This document shows positions 54,501 through 64,000 of a stretch of DNA of 64,000 bases, in pieces; positions within the stretch are counted from its first letter, which is position 1, and each line of letters opens with the position of its first letter. The position numbers and the translations under genes are program-made. This DNA is from Tubulanus polymorphus (lineage: Eukaryota; Animalia; Nemertea), in assembly GCF_964204645.1 (NCBI RefSeq), contig NC_134026.1, positions 9,881,950 to 9,945,949 on the forward strand. The letters are read 5' to 3'. The notes below the pieces were generated by a model. That model was not told the DNA's origin. It was given only the letters and a program-made list of their open reading frames with translations, and did no database searches.

Positions 54501-57500
54501 CCCTAGTTATTTCTTTTTTTGATTTGTTTCTAGTCATTGCCATTCAAAAACACGCTAGTGCTCAGCCATGCATGACTTATGATTGCATTTCAACATAACA
54601 TTCTCTTGCAAATATCTAGGTCTACCAACCTGGCTCCGCAAAAAATCAATTAGAATTATCGATGATGAATTATCAATCATTAAGCCTAGGTAACGCATTT
54701 TCTGAGACACCCTGTCCATTGTTCAAACCCCCGAACCCCTGATATATGGGTCTGATGTGATCTACGTTGATTTGCATAGTTAGTATGGTAACATCTCAAA
54801 ATATTCGAATTTGACCTTCAAATTGTATTATTATGTCCTAAATATATGAGCCCGATTATTCTTAAAAATTCAAAATTTTAAAAAGAGAATAAATTCTAAT
54901 TTTTTCTCTAAAATGTGCAAGTTGGCTGTTAGCATGCCTGTTGTTCTCTTTTAATGGTGTAATCAATGTTGTTCTTGATGTACTCCTTCATACAAACACG
55001 GGATATGTGATAAAATGCCAAGAGAAACCATAAGGCCACACCAAAAGACAACCCTGTTTCTCGGGCCCGACCGACCCGATATTTCGTCATTTCAAATAAT
55101 CATTTTCGAAATAAAATAAAATAGCCTACCGACCCTATTTCAAAATTGTGGATGAAATAACTATTTTCAAAAATATATATGTGGCCGACCGACTACAAAG
55201 CTCTCCATTCTCGTAAATATTTTTTCTTTTTCGTGAAATCGTGATGTCGGCACCGAGACGACATGATAAAAATATCTTATTACATCGGATTTAACAATTT
55301 TATTCTGGATATGGTACTTGTGTGCTCAGACAACGTTGCTTATCAGATATTGATGGCGACCTTGGATTGTAAAATTCCAGGAATTCCGTATACAATATAT
55401 TATACGCCTATTCAAGATTTTGATGTTTTTCTTTTTATAAACAGTTTCCAAGTGTGAAATATAATACAAAAACATCAACTTCCCTTTATTATTGTGGTCG
55501 TCTAGCTGCTAATCATATTTTTAACTGGAAATTTGGTCCTGTAAAAAATTATTTACGGCGACCTACCCACTGTCAGAAGAATACCCGAAATTTCTTTTTC
55601 TATAAATAGAAAAAAAAAATCCCTACCGACCTACCCATTTTGGTGATTGCCCCGCCCGAGAAACAGGATTTTTTTTTGGTGTGGCCTAATGCATTACTTT
55701 TTTATCCATTTTCATTCAGCAATATCTTTTGAAATATTTGCAATAAGTCAATCGGAAGTTTGTATACATTCACTTTTGACTTGGTTATAGCTTGCATACG
55801 TTCTACGTGAATGCTGCTTTTCGTAAGAGTCTTCTTGCACTTAATATCAGCTAATGTTTTTTTGACAATTTTTAGGGGGAAGAAATGTGTCGAGAAGCGT
55901 CTCATTGACGATAAGTTTATCTCCATGCCAGTAAGTATTTCCGACATTTTACACAGGAAAATTGAGAATAAATCAAAGATGACAAGATCAATCAAACATT
56001 ATTGATACTTCATAAGGATTTGATACTTCATTAGTGATAAACAATTTTTAGATTAAGCGCAGCTGAATCTATTAGTATAAAACGGAGTGCTGAATTCGTG
56101 TTGACCGCTATCTCCTCCGAGTGTGAAATGATTCACAGGCTAAGGTCTGCATTTAGTTGGCTGTTTTAACGGCCGCTAAGTGGCAACTGCTTTTGAAGGC
56201 TATTGATGAAGCCTAAATTGGGTAAATTGGCAATTTTATGCCGTTTTTGGGGATTTTAGCGATGTAGTGTGACGTCATCTTGATCTACTAATGTAAACAA
56301 CACGAGCAGAATTGTACAACACTTGCTGTCGAATTTACAAGTAGGCTTTTTATATATTACTGATTCAACATATAAAATTCTCCAATGAGAAAACTACAAA
56401 AGAAGAATTAAAATTGACGATGATTTTTCGTTTGCTGTGATGAAAATTGCATGTCGATGCGCGGCGTCGTTTGCAGTATTTCCTGCGGAGCTGTGATGAT
56501 AGCGCCCTTGTTTTAGTAACATGTGAAGCTCACCAAAATCAACAAAGCCGTTAATCTAGATAAAGGATATTCTGTTAATAAAAAACGATTTGTTAGAAAA
56601 TATTTGAACTAAAATTAATTATGCATACGTTGGGATTATCTTGGCGAAAAAAACGTTTGTATCGATATGCAGATGAATTTTAAACAATTCTAATTCGCAT
56701 GAAAAAACACCATACATGTCGACCAATATTGTGTAGTATATAGTTGAATTCGACAACTCCATCCCACCACGGCTGGCTCGCTACGTTCCTGCCTATGTGT
56801 GGGAACCACCCTTTTGGCCTCGGTGTTTGTTTGCACTGCTGCTTGATGCTATGGTTATATTGGGACGGTTACATAATGGGGAAGCCGCGATCTCGTACGG
56901 CGTGGTGAAGCTGCCTCCCCAATGATACGACGAGGGTAGGTTGACCGGCGCTTCTGTCCGGCGAATAGATACTGCTCACACCTACATAGTGTTCATGTCG
57001 AGCTGGTGCACTGTCACGTAAACATTAATAGACAATTCATCAAAAAGCCGAACTTGATAAACCCGACCACACAGAAAGAATCTGTTTAGTTGTAGAATGT
57101 TATAAACTTTATCAGTTCATTTCTAAACCGCCAGGTCTGATATAGTAAAATATCATTGATCATGGTTTAAAAAAAATAATCTAAAAGTTAGATATTTGGC
57201 CTGCTGTGTCAACTATTAAGCTCAGCAATGAGTGGAGAGACAAGGTATCAATTTTTAATACTTTCTCATCTCCCGATACAGCTAGATTTAATATCAGCTT
57301 CAGCAACAAAAATATGAATATCACATCTGAGATGCTTTTGATTTAATGAAACCTTATAATTTATTACGAGGCTTATAATTTATGATGATTATATGTATTT
57401 CATTTCAAAATCTTTTAGGCCTACTATAAATGGGTTACGTATTTATCTTCTCTTCCTTGTATAAATAACTGTTTGTCATTTAAAATCTAATTATCTTATA

Positions 57501-59025
57501 CTTTCATAACATGCATTTCCTTTTATGTGAAGTATAAGCTGATAGAGCACCTTACTAAACCGATGTATGGTCTAGTATGGTGGATATGATTAACTCCTTC
57601 AATTCACTAACTTCTGCGCTGAATAACAGTGCCCATGAGCACCTTGTTTAAATAATAAACTTCCATTGTAAAAAAACTGATAGTGATCCACATTACTCTC
57701 TAGCTGCCCTGGAATTGGCTAAATTCCTAGAAACTTTATTTGTCCTTTGACCTAAAAAAGCCTACTGTAATGACTTTTTAATCAAGCAGTGGCCCATTTT
57801 ACAGCTAAACTTAAAGTTTGGTTTGTCTGAAAACGCAATACAGATGAAATGTACTGTAATATAGAAATAATCTCACACTCAAAAGACGACTCAAAAAAGC
57901 TCTCTTGTAGCAATTATCACTTAAAATGACTATAATGATATCGAAAAGGAAACCTTAATGGTTGTGCCAGCTTTCCTTTCTTGAGTTATTCAATCAGCTA
58001 TGTGCTTATGAACAGATATGACAAAGATAAATTCCCCCCAAAATTATGGTGCTAGCCAGGACTTGAATGGCTACTCTAAACTATGGTGATTTTGCATTAT
58101 TATGCTGTTGTGATATTGGTCAAGCAAAACAATAATTTGTTATTTTCAAAATGTTTTGGCTGCTCATCATGAGGAGGAATTGCTAACTATCAACTCCAGT
58201 TCCTCATGATTCTATATGTATACTATTAGCTAGATCCTGGTTTGTACATGTTTTTTCTTGTCATCTCATGCAAATGTATCTTGCATTCAGGAACCTGACG
58301 GTGATGATGTTTCCATTGAAGATGGTGAAGCGACAAATCACGGGACGCACTCGATATCGAGTACAAATATGTACAAAAAGATTGCTTTGGTTCTTGATAA
58401 CGAGGGTATGATGACTCGCAACGAATATTCAAACAATGATACGGGAGTATCAACGTTATCTGAATCGAGTCGTCAAGGTGATCAGACAAGCAGCAGTGTC
58501 ATCCCCGTCGAGGATATTCGGGAAGACAACGAAATTGGACGAATTGAAGAACCGATTCCGCAATGGAATTTAAACGGTTATGCCTGCCGTACAAATAGAG
58601 ATTTGACGGATGCGCATTCCCCAATTGATGCTGCTGATGAGGGATGCAGCAATAGCGCGGCTACTAGTTTCACTAGCAGTGTTGATAGCAGTAATAGTAG
58701 TACATCCGGTAGTGCAACAGAAGAACAACCTGCCATTAATTTTTCGAATCACAATCGGACGGAGGATAGCTCCGGACTTGGTAGCGGTAGCGATGCGAGT
58801 GCGGCATCATCTATCGGTAAAGAAATCATGAATGACGTGGCAATACACCCGGAGAATCTATGGATGCAAAATCTGAATACGAATAACAATGACGCGACTA
58901 GTAATTCGACTTCTGTAGAATCGGTGCCGGTAGTAACTTTAGATATTGGCACAGATAGCAGTGGAAACGCCATACAACTTTGTTTACCAGTGCATCTAAA
59001 TCAGGAAAACGAGTCTAAACTTTAG
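27566..59025 (+). CDS. gp130/Domeless-like class I cytokine receptor (signal peptide, Ig, cytokine-binding module, 3 FN3, TM, long cytoplasmic tail), ~916 aa
   Basis: 15 GT-AG exons in consistent phase totalling 2751 nt: 27566-27674 (signal peptide), 28835-29125 (Ig: LRLTCNL..DAGFYFCK), 35202-35313 (NLDCEVKNYDSMQC), 36677-36834 (WTECPLNKNWC), 40384-40547, 40849-40987 (NLYPNGRYEIEI), 43184-43266, 43935-44154, 45815-45960 (FYIYWCQG), 46595-46751 (LFGIS..SGIVWSDC, like the Dome SGMVWASC motif), 47272-47409, 50400-50564 (NLRPKTNYHLKV), 51788-51866 (TM IGLIACGAVVFLVMLTSFGIW), 55876-55930, 58291-59025. A few boundaries have in-frame alternatives. Confidence 0.88.
27733..27775. repeat. Perfect 43-nt palindrome (21-bp arms, 1-nt spacer)
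   Basis: ATTAGATTATAAAAGCTTACC-A-GGTAAGCTTTTATAATCTAAT. Confidence 0.95.
29245..29340 (-). mobile_element. tRNA-like Pol III unit (SINE head or tRNA pseudogene)
   Basis: Minus strand: A box TAGCTCAGTGG, B box GGATTCGAGTCCC, closed by a 10-bp stem GTAAGCAGCC/GGCTGCTTAC. No canonical anticodon arm. Confidence 0.6.
30557..31815 (+). mobile_element. HINE family 1 (Helentron-associated, DINE-1/pearl-like), full-length copy with four 154-bp repeats
   Basis: Inserted in a T-run. 5' subTIR AGCCCACTTGGGA with a nearby inverted partner, (GTCC)n microsatellite, central tandem array, 3' subTIR TCCCAAGTGG, GTCC-CT-GGAC hairpin, CTAG-TT end. Confidence 0.88.
31852..32523 (+). mobile_element. Mutator-like non-autonomous element (family B), intact 672-bp copy
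   Basis: Perfect 9-bp TSD GTTCTAAAC (31843-31851, 32524-32532); termini GAATGTAGG...CCGTTCACC. Confidence 0.9.
33540..33785 (+). pseudogene. Degenerate non-LTR reverse transcriptase fragment (inverted copy at ~42255-42495)
   Basis: Frameshifted motifs DFDKAFDK and TSGVTQGSILSRLLFNILTND. Confidence 0.75.
33785..34360. repeat. Degenerate GTTCGAACGAAAA-type minisatellite element (inverted relative at ~41770-42255)
   Basis: Recurrent (G)TTCGAA/TTCGA units; clear reverse-complement match between the two loci. Confidence 0.7.
34730..35090 (+). pseudogene. Degenerate CR1-like reverse transcriptase fragment
   Basis: Frameshifted motifs FDRVPHQRL, GIQGKILVWI, FVDDRKLY, QSDLNRLNEWS, WQLSFNPTK. Confidence 0.75.
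35324..36405 (+). mobile_element. HINE family 1 copy
   Basis: Same termini and array as 30557-31815; inserted 10 nt downstream of the receptor exon 3 donor. Confidence 0.88.
37140..39600 (+). mobile_element. 5'-truncated Penelope-like retroelement (RT thumb, GIY-YIG endonuclease, terminal repeat region), interrupted by an insertion at ~38080-39350
   Basis: FRICDPPFLNDELTQIRNILNKLAYP, then GVYKIPYKVCNKIYIGETGCDLNKRLREH..SGVANHVYETSHNFDF..RHIMESALI..FNLNNG (37463-37771). Pyrimidine-rich 3' region and a hammerhead-like core at 39442. Confidence 0.88.
39442..39478 (+). ncRNA. Degenerate type I hammerhead ribozyme core
   Basis: CTGATGA-T-GGCTAAC-AGTT-GTTAGCC-GAAA-GACG-CTC. Stem II is perfect; stem I pairing is not evident. 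Confidence 0.55.
44700..45260 (+). repeat. HINE-like remnant with ~140-bp tandem repeats (3 units)
   Basis: GATATGGCTGCCAGGGCAGCCATCTTGAATTTCTTGTTA at 44890, 45026 and 45170. Confidence 0.7.
48610..49298 (+). mobile_element. HINE family 2 copy (5' end degraded)
   Basis: Collinear with 52688-53521; ends CTGGCCATAGTGTCCCTTCAGGCTCTTG. Confidence 0.75.
52688..53521 (+). mobile_element. HINE family 2, full-length copy
   Basis: T-run, 5' AGGCCAGCCGTAGGCTGAGCCT hairpin, 3' subTIR AGGCTGGCC, GCCC-GTTG-GGGC hairpin, CTTG-TT end. Confidence 0.78.
53619..54506 (+). mobile_element. HINE family 1 copy with two 154-bp repeats
   Basis: Same termini as 30557-31815; landmarks at 54275 and 54429. Confidence 0.86.
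55034..55686. mobile_element. PIF/Harbinger-like MITE
   Basis: TAA|GGCCACACCAAAA...TTTTGGTGTGGCC|TAA, extended TIR CCTGTTTCTCGGGC, CCTACCGACC subterminal repeats. Confidence 0.85.
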
Positions 59026-59134
59026 TGCTGTTCAACTGCTCGAAACCATGGCACATTAACATTAAGTGTCATCATATTTTCTAATTGTTCTTGAAGTTGA
59101 AACATGGTAGATATAATGTTATTGAATTGTTTAA

Positions 59135-59905
59135 CCCTTTAACCAGCAATTGCTCACTAGCGATCAATTTGAATGGCCAAGGATTACTAAGTTGAATAGT
59201 CTGGTTTATTGATTGGTAGGTAGTCAAGTACATATGGCGACAACAGACGGCCTACGATGTCTTAGTCGAGCAAAACGGGAAAATGATTCGTCACAAATTT
59301 GTAATGTATTAGTGGATAAAAAAAACCATGTGTTTGCGAGTCGTATTACTGGTGTTGAGAATGTCGTCAGTAGCAATGACCCAGTACACAGGATGATCGC
59401 AGATGACTTGGACTGTAATGAGTGATTCTGATGATAATATGTCTCGGTGGAATGAGGATAGTTATGATGATCATGGCTGGCCTGATTATTGGGGCGACCA
59501 AGGGGGGAAGGTCACCCCCCCAAGTTAATAAAATTTGAGAAATTAGTATCAGCATGAAAGCTTGTGAAAATAGTACTTTTATGTGGTTATCTCTAATTTC
59601 TATGGACTTATTAAGTAGTTTTTTCCTTACATGGTCCAAAATGAGCTGAAAGAGTCCGTCTGAGCTAAACAATGTACTTCATTTTCTGATGTTATGTATG
59701 CATTTTAGCTATTTCTGCATGAATGATCAGAATGTCTATAATGCAGCTGGCTCCACTCGGTAGCACACCAAATTTGGTATCGTTTCAAAGCTAGTGAAAA
59801 GTTCTTTCAGAAAATGAATACTACTTTTATGGGGTTATCTGTTATATTTTTGCCTTACATGGTCCAAATCAGTTGCAGGCTGAAAAATACTTGCTGGTTA
59901 AAGAG
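59135..59905. mobile_element. piggyBac-like MITE just downstream of the receptor stop codon
   Basis: TTAA|CCCTTTAACCAGCAA...TTGCTGGTTAAAGAG|TTAA. Confidence 0.82.
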
Positions 59906-61943
59906 TTAATGTGTATATGCGTTGCTTTAGTCCGCTATGTTAAGGTGCCAAATTAATTGTCATTGATGTCTCATCTAAATGTGCTTTATTTTTTAATGTT
60001 ATGTATGCAATGTAGTTATTTCAGCATTTCTGGATAAGAATGTCTCTAATGGGTCTGGCTCCACGCGGTAGGAGCACACCAAATTTTCTACATGGCCTGT
60101 TTAAGAATGTACTGTCAAACAGTTTAATCTAGATAATGATCTGATTTAGATGTCCATCTTTACATAAATGCCCCAGTATGCCAGATATGATATTTTATCC
60201 ACAGTATCTCCTAAACTAGATCAATTCAATTGGTCCCAAATTATCTGGATCAAGCGTGCAGCATGTGCGGTAGTCGCAGTTTTCAAATGCCCTTGAAAAA
60301 TTTATGTAATAAAGTAATTTATGTAAAAAGTAAATAAAAGAACAAAACACAATTTGTGCGCCATAAAAAATAATTGCCTTTCTGTATTTCTCAGCATCTC
60401 AGCAAGTAGTGTTAAAGCGTGATGCTGATACTGTTTGTATTTTATAATGCTATCGAGCAACATTTAACAGTTTCTTTCATTGAATAGAATAGAATTGAAT
60501 AGAATTAAATTTTTACATATTGATTCAGATATTCAAAGATCAAATCAAACCAGTGATTGAATGTATAATGAATTAAATGATTAACCAACGATTTAAAAAT
60601 CTTGTTCTCTTCTCTGAAGCTTAGTGCACCCAGTAAGAATAGACATGAAGCATTTTTGTTTTGTTGCGAACTTTCAGTTCACCTGTGACACACAATGAAA
60701 CAAGAAACACTGCGAAACAAACCTACAGCGCCACTTATGATGAGATAAGTAATAACAATATCACAGTTATCAAAATGGCGGAGATTTTGATTGGTCATGT
60801 GATTCGCTCTGATCAATTATTGTGTATCGACGTTTCTTTTTACTACTCACACCATCACGAACTGCAGTTGAAATGGTTTTGTATTTGGTGAAACCAATGG
60901 AACTGTGTTTCAGTACACCATAGATGCCAAGTTGCGAAACAAGCCAGAAAAGCATTTCTGTTTCATGTCTTACTGTGTAGTCTTATTGTATGCGCTAGGC
61001 TCATAACAATGATAAACTGAAGCTTTTTGTTGAATCGTTATCTTTTTTTTATTGCTTAGCCATTAAGATAATTAATGCCGTCCATGTCAACTAACTAATT
61101 GTGATGTTCCTAATCAGTTTCATTTAGATAAAGTAAACCATGACGACTGGCTACAAGTTGTCTGACTAATCTCAAGGTGTTCCATTTCCATTCCGAATAT
61201 ATACATGTACATTTATTTCTCAAAAAGTCAAATTCGAGATATTTTCTACTGTACATGCAGGAAATGTACTAGTAATTTTTTCTTTGATTCTACAGATAAG
61301 CAGTGGCTTGTGTACAAAGTTTTCACATGCAGTAATTTCATGGCAGCAATTGTAGGGTTTCATTTCCACCAGAAAGATGTACATGCACTAACATATAGTG
61401 GAGCTATTTCATTATCCCCAGATTCATGGGGGTTTCTTAGACTTGAACCAGGTGTGAATCTAGTGGTTCAGACCGCTGCCTTCCCATTGAGTTGCCTTTT
61501 TTAATCAAGACAGTGATCCTAATACTGAATGGCATCTTGTATAAGTGGTATATTTCTTAGAAAATTTAAAACCAAGGGGACCTGCTTTAATCTGGATTTT
61601 AGTGAATGGGTCCCAAATGATCTGAATTATGTGAGGTCTACTGTATTTTATATTACTTGGAGTAAGTTGTATGTTTACCACAGATATTTGAATTAACTCG
61701 TAGATCTCTGTTAAACCCAGACTACCCTCACATTACTAGCCCCTGCATTATTTATTGAATTTTGAAGCAACCTCAGTGCTATCCATTCATTACTTAATTA
61801 AGTCTGGAATAGATTAACTTATATTTATTCTCAAATCAATACTGCAGCAAATCTAAAAGATTATATATATCTTATTATTTGTTACCCAATATTAAATTTT
61901 CTCATTTTGATTAAACCTTTTTGATGTGTTGTAATTCATTCTA

Positions 61944-62091
61944 CAGCGGAACCTCATATGACGTTGCATATGATGATTTATCATGAGGACAATTTTAATA
62001 ATAATTTCATCCTGAATATAACAAAGTACCGGTATCCGGTTATATTGGCCTTTTCGTGTCCCCTGAAGTTTATTGAAACGAGGTTCCATTG
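61944..62091. mobile_element. pogo/Tigger-like MITE
   Basis: TA|CAGCGGAACCTC...GAGGTTCCATTG|TA. Confidence 0.7.
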
Positions 62092-62097
62092 TATTAA

Positions 62098-62385
62098 CCA
62101 TTTCAGTGCGTCTACACCGCAGTGCGGTGTACGAATCAGTGATGGATTATGCTAGTACACCGCACTGCGGTGTATTGATTTAATTAGTAATTACTAATTA
62201 TCTCTCTTGAATGATGGCAGCACCTGTCAAACATAGTGAAATATTAATAACTAACGATATACCGCGCCAGGGTGCAGACGCACTATAGGGCTATTCCCGT
62301 TATTCAACACACTAGGGTGGAATTTTTCAGAATTTTCAAATTATCTTCAGCACTATAGGGTATTAATTAGCCAGCACTGAAAGGG
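62098..62385. mobile_element. piggyBac-like MITE
   Basis: TTAA|CCATTTCAGTGC...GCACTGAAAGGG|TTAA; relative at ~1200-1444. Confidence 0.8.
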
Positions 62386-62842
62386 TTAATGAGCTTCCTT
62401 TGTTATTTGAATTCAATGAATATAACCTTGACTTTTTGTATCGATATAAGAAACAGACAATTATGTATGTACGATTCTTGTAAATAAATGAGAATGTATC
62501 ATAGTCTTGCATTATTGTATGCATAATCTTATATTTCGATTTTGAGGAATACTTTTTGGTCTATGTTTTTGAGTATACAGATTAACACTAGGCACATCGA
62601 GAGATGATCAAATTGAAAATTGGTGTGATTAGGCAACTAGGCCCAGTAGTCTAGGGACACCAATCTAAATATCAGACAATCCACTGTTCTATGGTGAACA
62701 TATTTAGCGAAGCCAAGGACTTCGAAACTCAACATTATGGACCATGTCATTAGCAACTTTGTAGTAAATTGATAGCAGTTATAGTATAGAAATATGCTTA
62801 GGGTACGACATTTTTCAAGCTTCTACCTCGTGTGCGCACATC

Positions 62843-64000
62843 TTACAGTCAAACCTCGTTATAACGCCACCATCAGGACCTGGCTTATTTTGGCGTTATA
62901 ACAAGAATGGCGGTACAGTAGACTCCTCTCAACTCGAATCCTATAAGTCGAAAATCCGTTCAAATCTGCATATGTTGAAATTTTTTTTCTGTGTCCTATT
63001 TAAATTCACTCTACTCAAAATTACTCAACTAGAATATTCATTCAACTCAACTATTTTTTACCAAAATTATGTTCAAACTTCTCTCAACTCGAATATCTGA
63101 ACGATCTTGTGGTAGCAAACACAATTATCGATTAAAAACATGCATGTGTTTATGCAGCTATCAATCAGCTGTCTGTGCCCACCCCCTCAGACGATAGACG
63201 TCAACCTTGTCGATGCTTTGACGATCAGTTTTTGCAAGGATGGCGAAAGCCTGTCGATAACATGCGTAAGGATGTGTCGTTTGGATGTTGAATGTTGAGC
63301 ATTATGAACTAGGGCAGAATGGCGAATGTCTGTTGATATACATGTATTGCCATTGAAATAACGATCTGTCTGTGTGATTTTGAAATAGTGTCAATGATAT
63401 TCTTAAGTTTAATCATGAACAGGATTTGAACAGTACATACACGTGATAACTATGGTACCATGGATTTCTGAAATATACACAGTTACACAAATGAGTTTGA
63501 AGTTTACAATTGTATCAAATTAGATATTTTACCACCTGCCCTTCATCCTATAAATACAAGAAACATTATGTATTTTTCATCATCTCATCACTGCGAACAA
63601 AATAAACCTCAGTCTAAGTGAGAAAGCTAAAGAGCACTTTTATGTTTGAAATAACTTCATTGAGATTGACAGAATACAATATGAGGTCAAATGATTATAT
63701 CTTAAGTACCACAACAAAATTTAAACTTGTCCATGTCCATCTCTCATGAATTTTCACAATAATTTTTCAATTTGTTCAAATTGAATAATCTGAGGGTTGC
63801 GTTTCAAACTTTATAATAGTCTGAACGGTGGCGATGTCTCTCTTGGATATTGATGTTAGTGATAGGCTTGTGCCTGAAATCCTTGGCATATTGGTGATAT
63901 CCTGGCGAACCTTGTTTCTTTATCTGGTTTAGTCTTGACAATCAGTTTTTTTAAGGATAGCGTTAGCCTGTCGATTGTCTGAGGGGGGTGGGTACAGACA
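62843..64000. mobile_element. pogo/Tigger-like elements running out of the window
   Basis: TA-CAGTCAAACCTCG (~62843) and TA-CAGTAGACTCC (~62914) termini. 63170-63200 is inverted at 63970-64000. Confidence 0.6.

Larger units (their letters stand above)
52260..54716. mobile_element. Long-inverted-repeat Tc1/mariner-like relic hosting two HINEs
   Basis: 52270-52430 is the reverse complement of 53560-53618 plus 54507-54597 (right arm split by a HINE). Right terminus TGAGACACCCTGT. Confidence 0.55.

Noticed and set aside
54620-54689. AG..GT-bounded segment reading LPTWLRKKSIRIIDDELSIIKP, resembling a Box1 exon
   Set aside because: Wrong phase after the TM exon (gives WSTNLAPQKIN-stop) and it lies within the end of a Tc1-like relic. 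55876-55930 fits both neighbouring phases.
59014-59025. C-terminal SKL as a peroxisomal PTS1 signal
   Set aside because: The protein has a signal peptide and TM helix; a PDZ ligand or chance is more plausible.

Overview
AT-rich, intron-rich metazoan genomic DNA, probably an invertebrate bilaterian such as a lophotrochozoan (inference). Three spliced genes can be reconstructed by hand with consistent intron phases. (1) PPP1R42/LRRC67 on the minus strand: 6 exons traced, 3' end unresolved. (2) WDR36/UTP21 on the plus strand: 20 coding exons, 892 aa. (3) A gp130/Domeless-like class I cytokine receptor on the plus strand: 15 exons, about 916 aa (signal peptide, Ig, cytokine-binding module, 3 FN3, TM, long tail). 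The receptor keeps the 1-2-1-0-1 intron-phase signature but lacks WSxWS, CxW and YxxQ. Introns are packed with non-autonomous, often nested transposons: Helentron-associated (HINE/DINE-like) elements with 154-bp tandem arrays, Mutator-like elements with 9-bp TSDs, hAT-like elements with 5-6-bp TSDs, piggyBac-, Harbinger- and pogo-like MITEs, SINEs, LINE remnants, and a Penelope-like element with a degenerate hammerhead core. All assignments come from reading the sequence; no searches were run.
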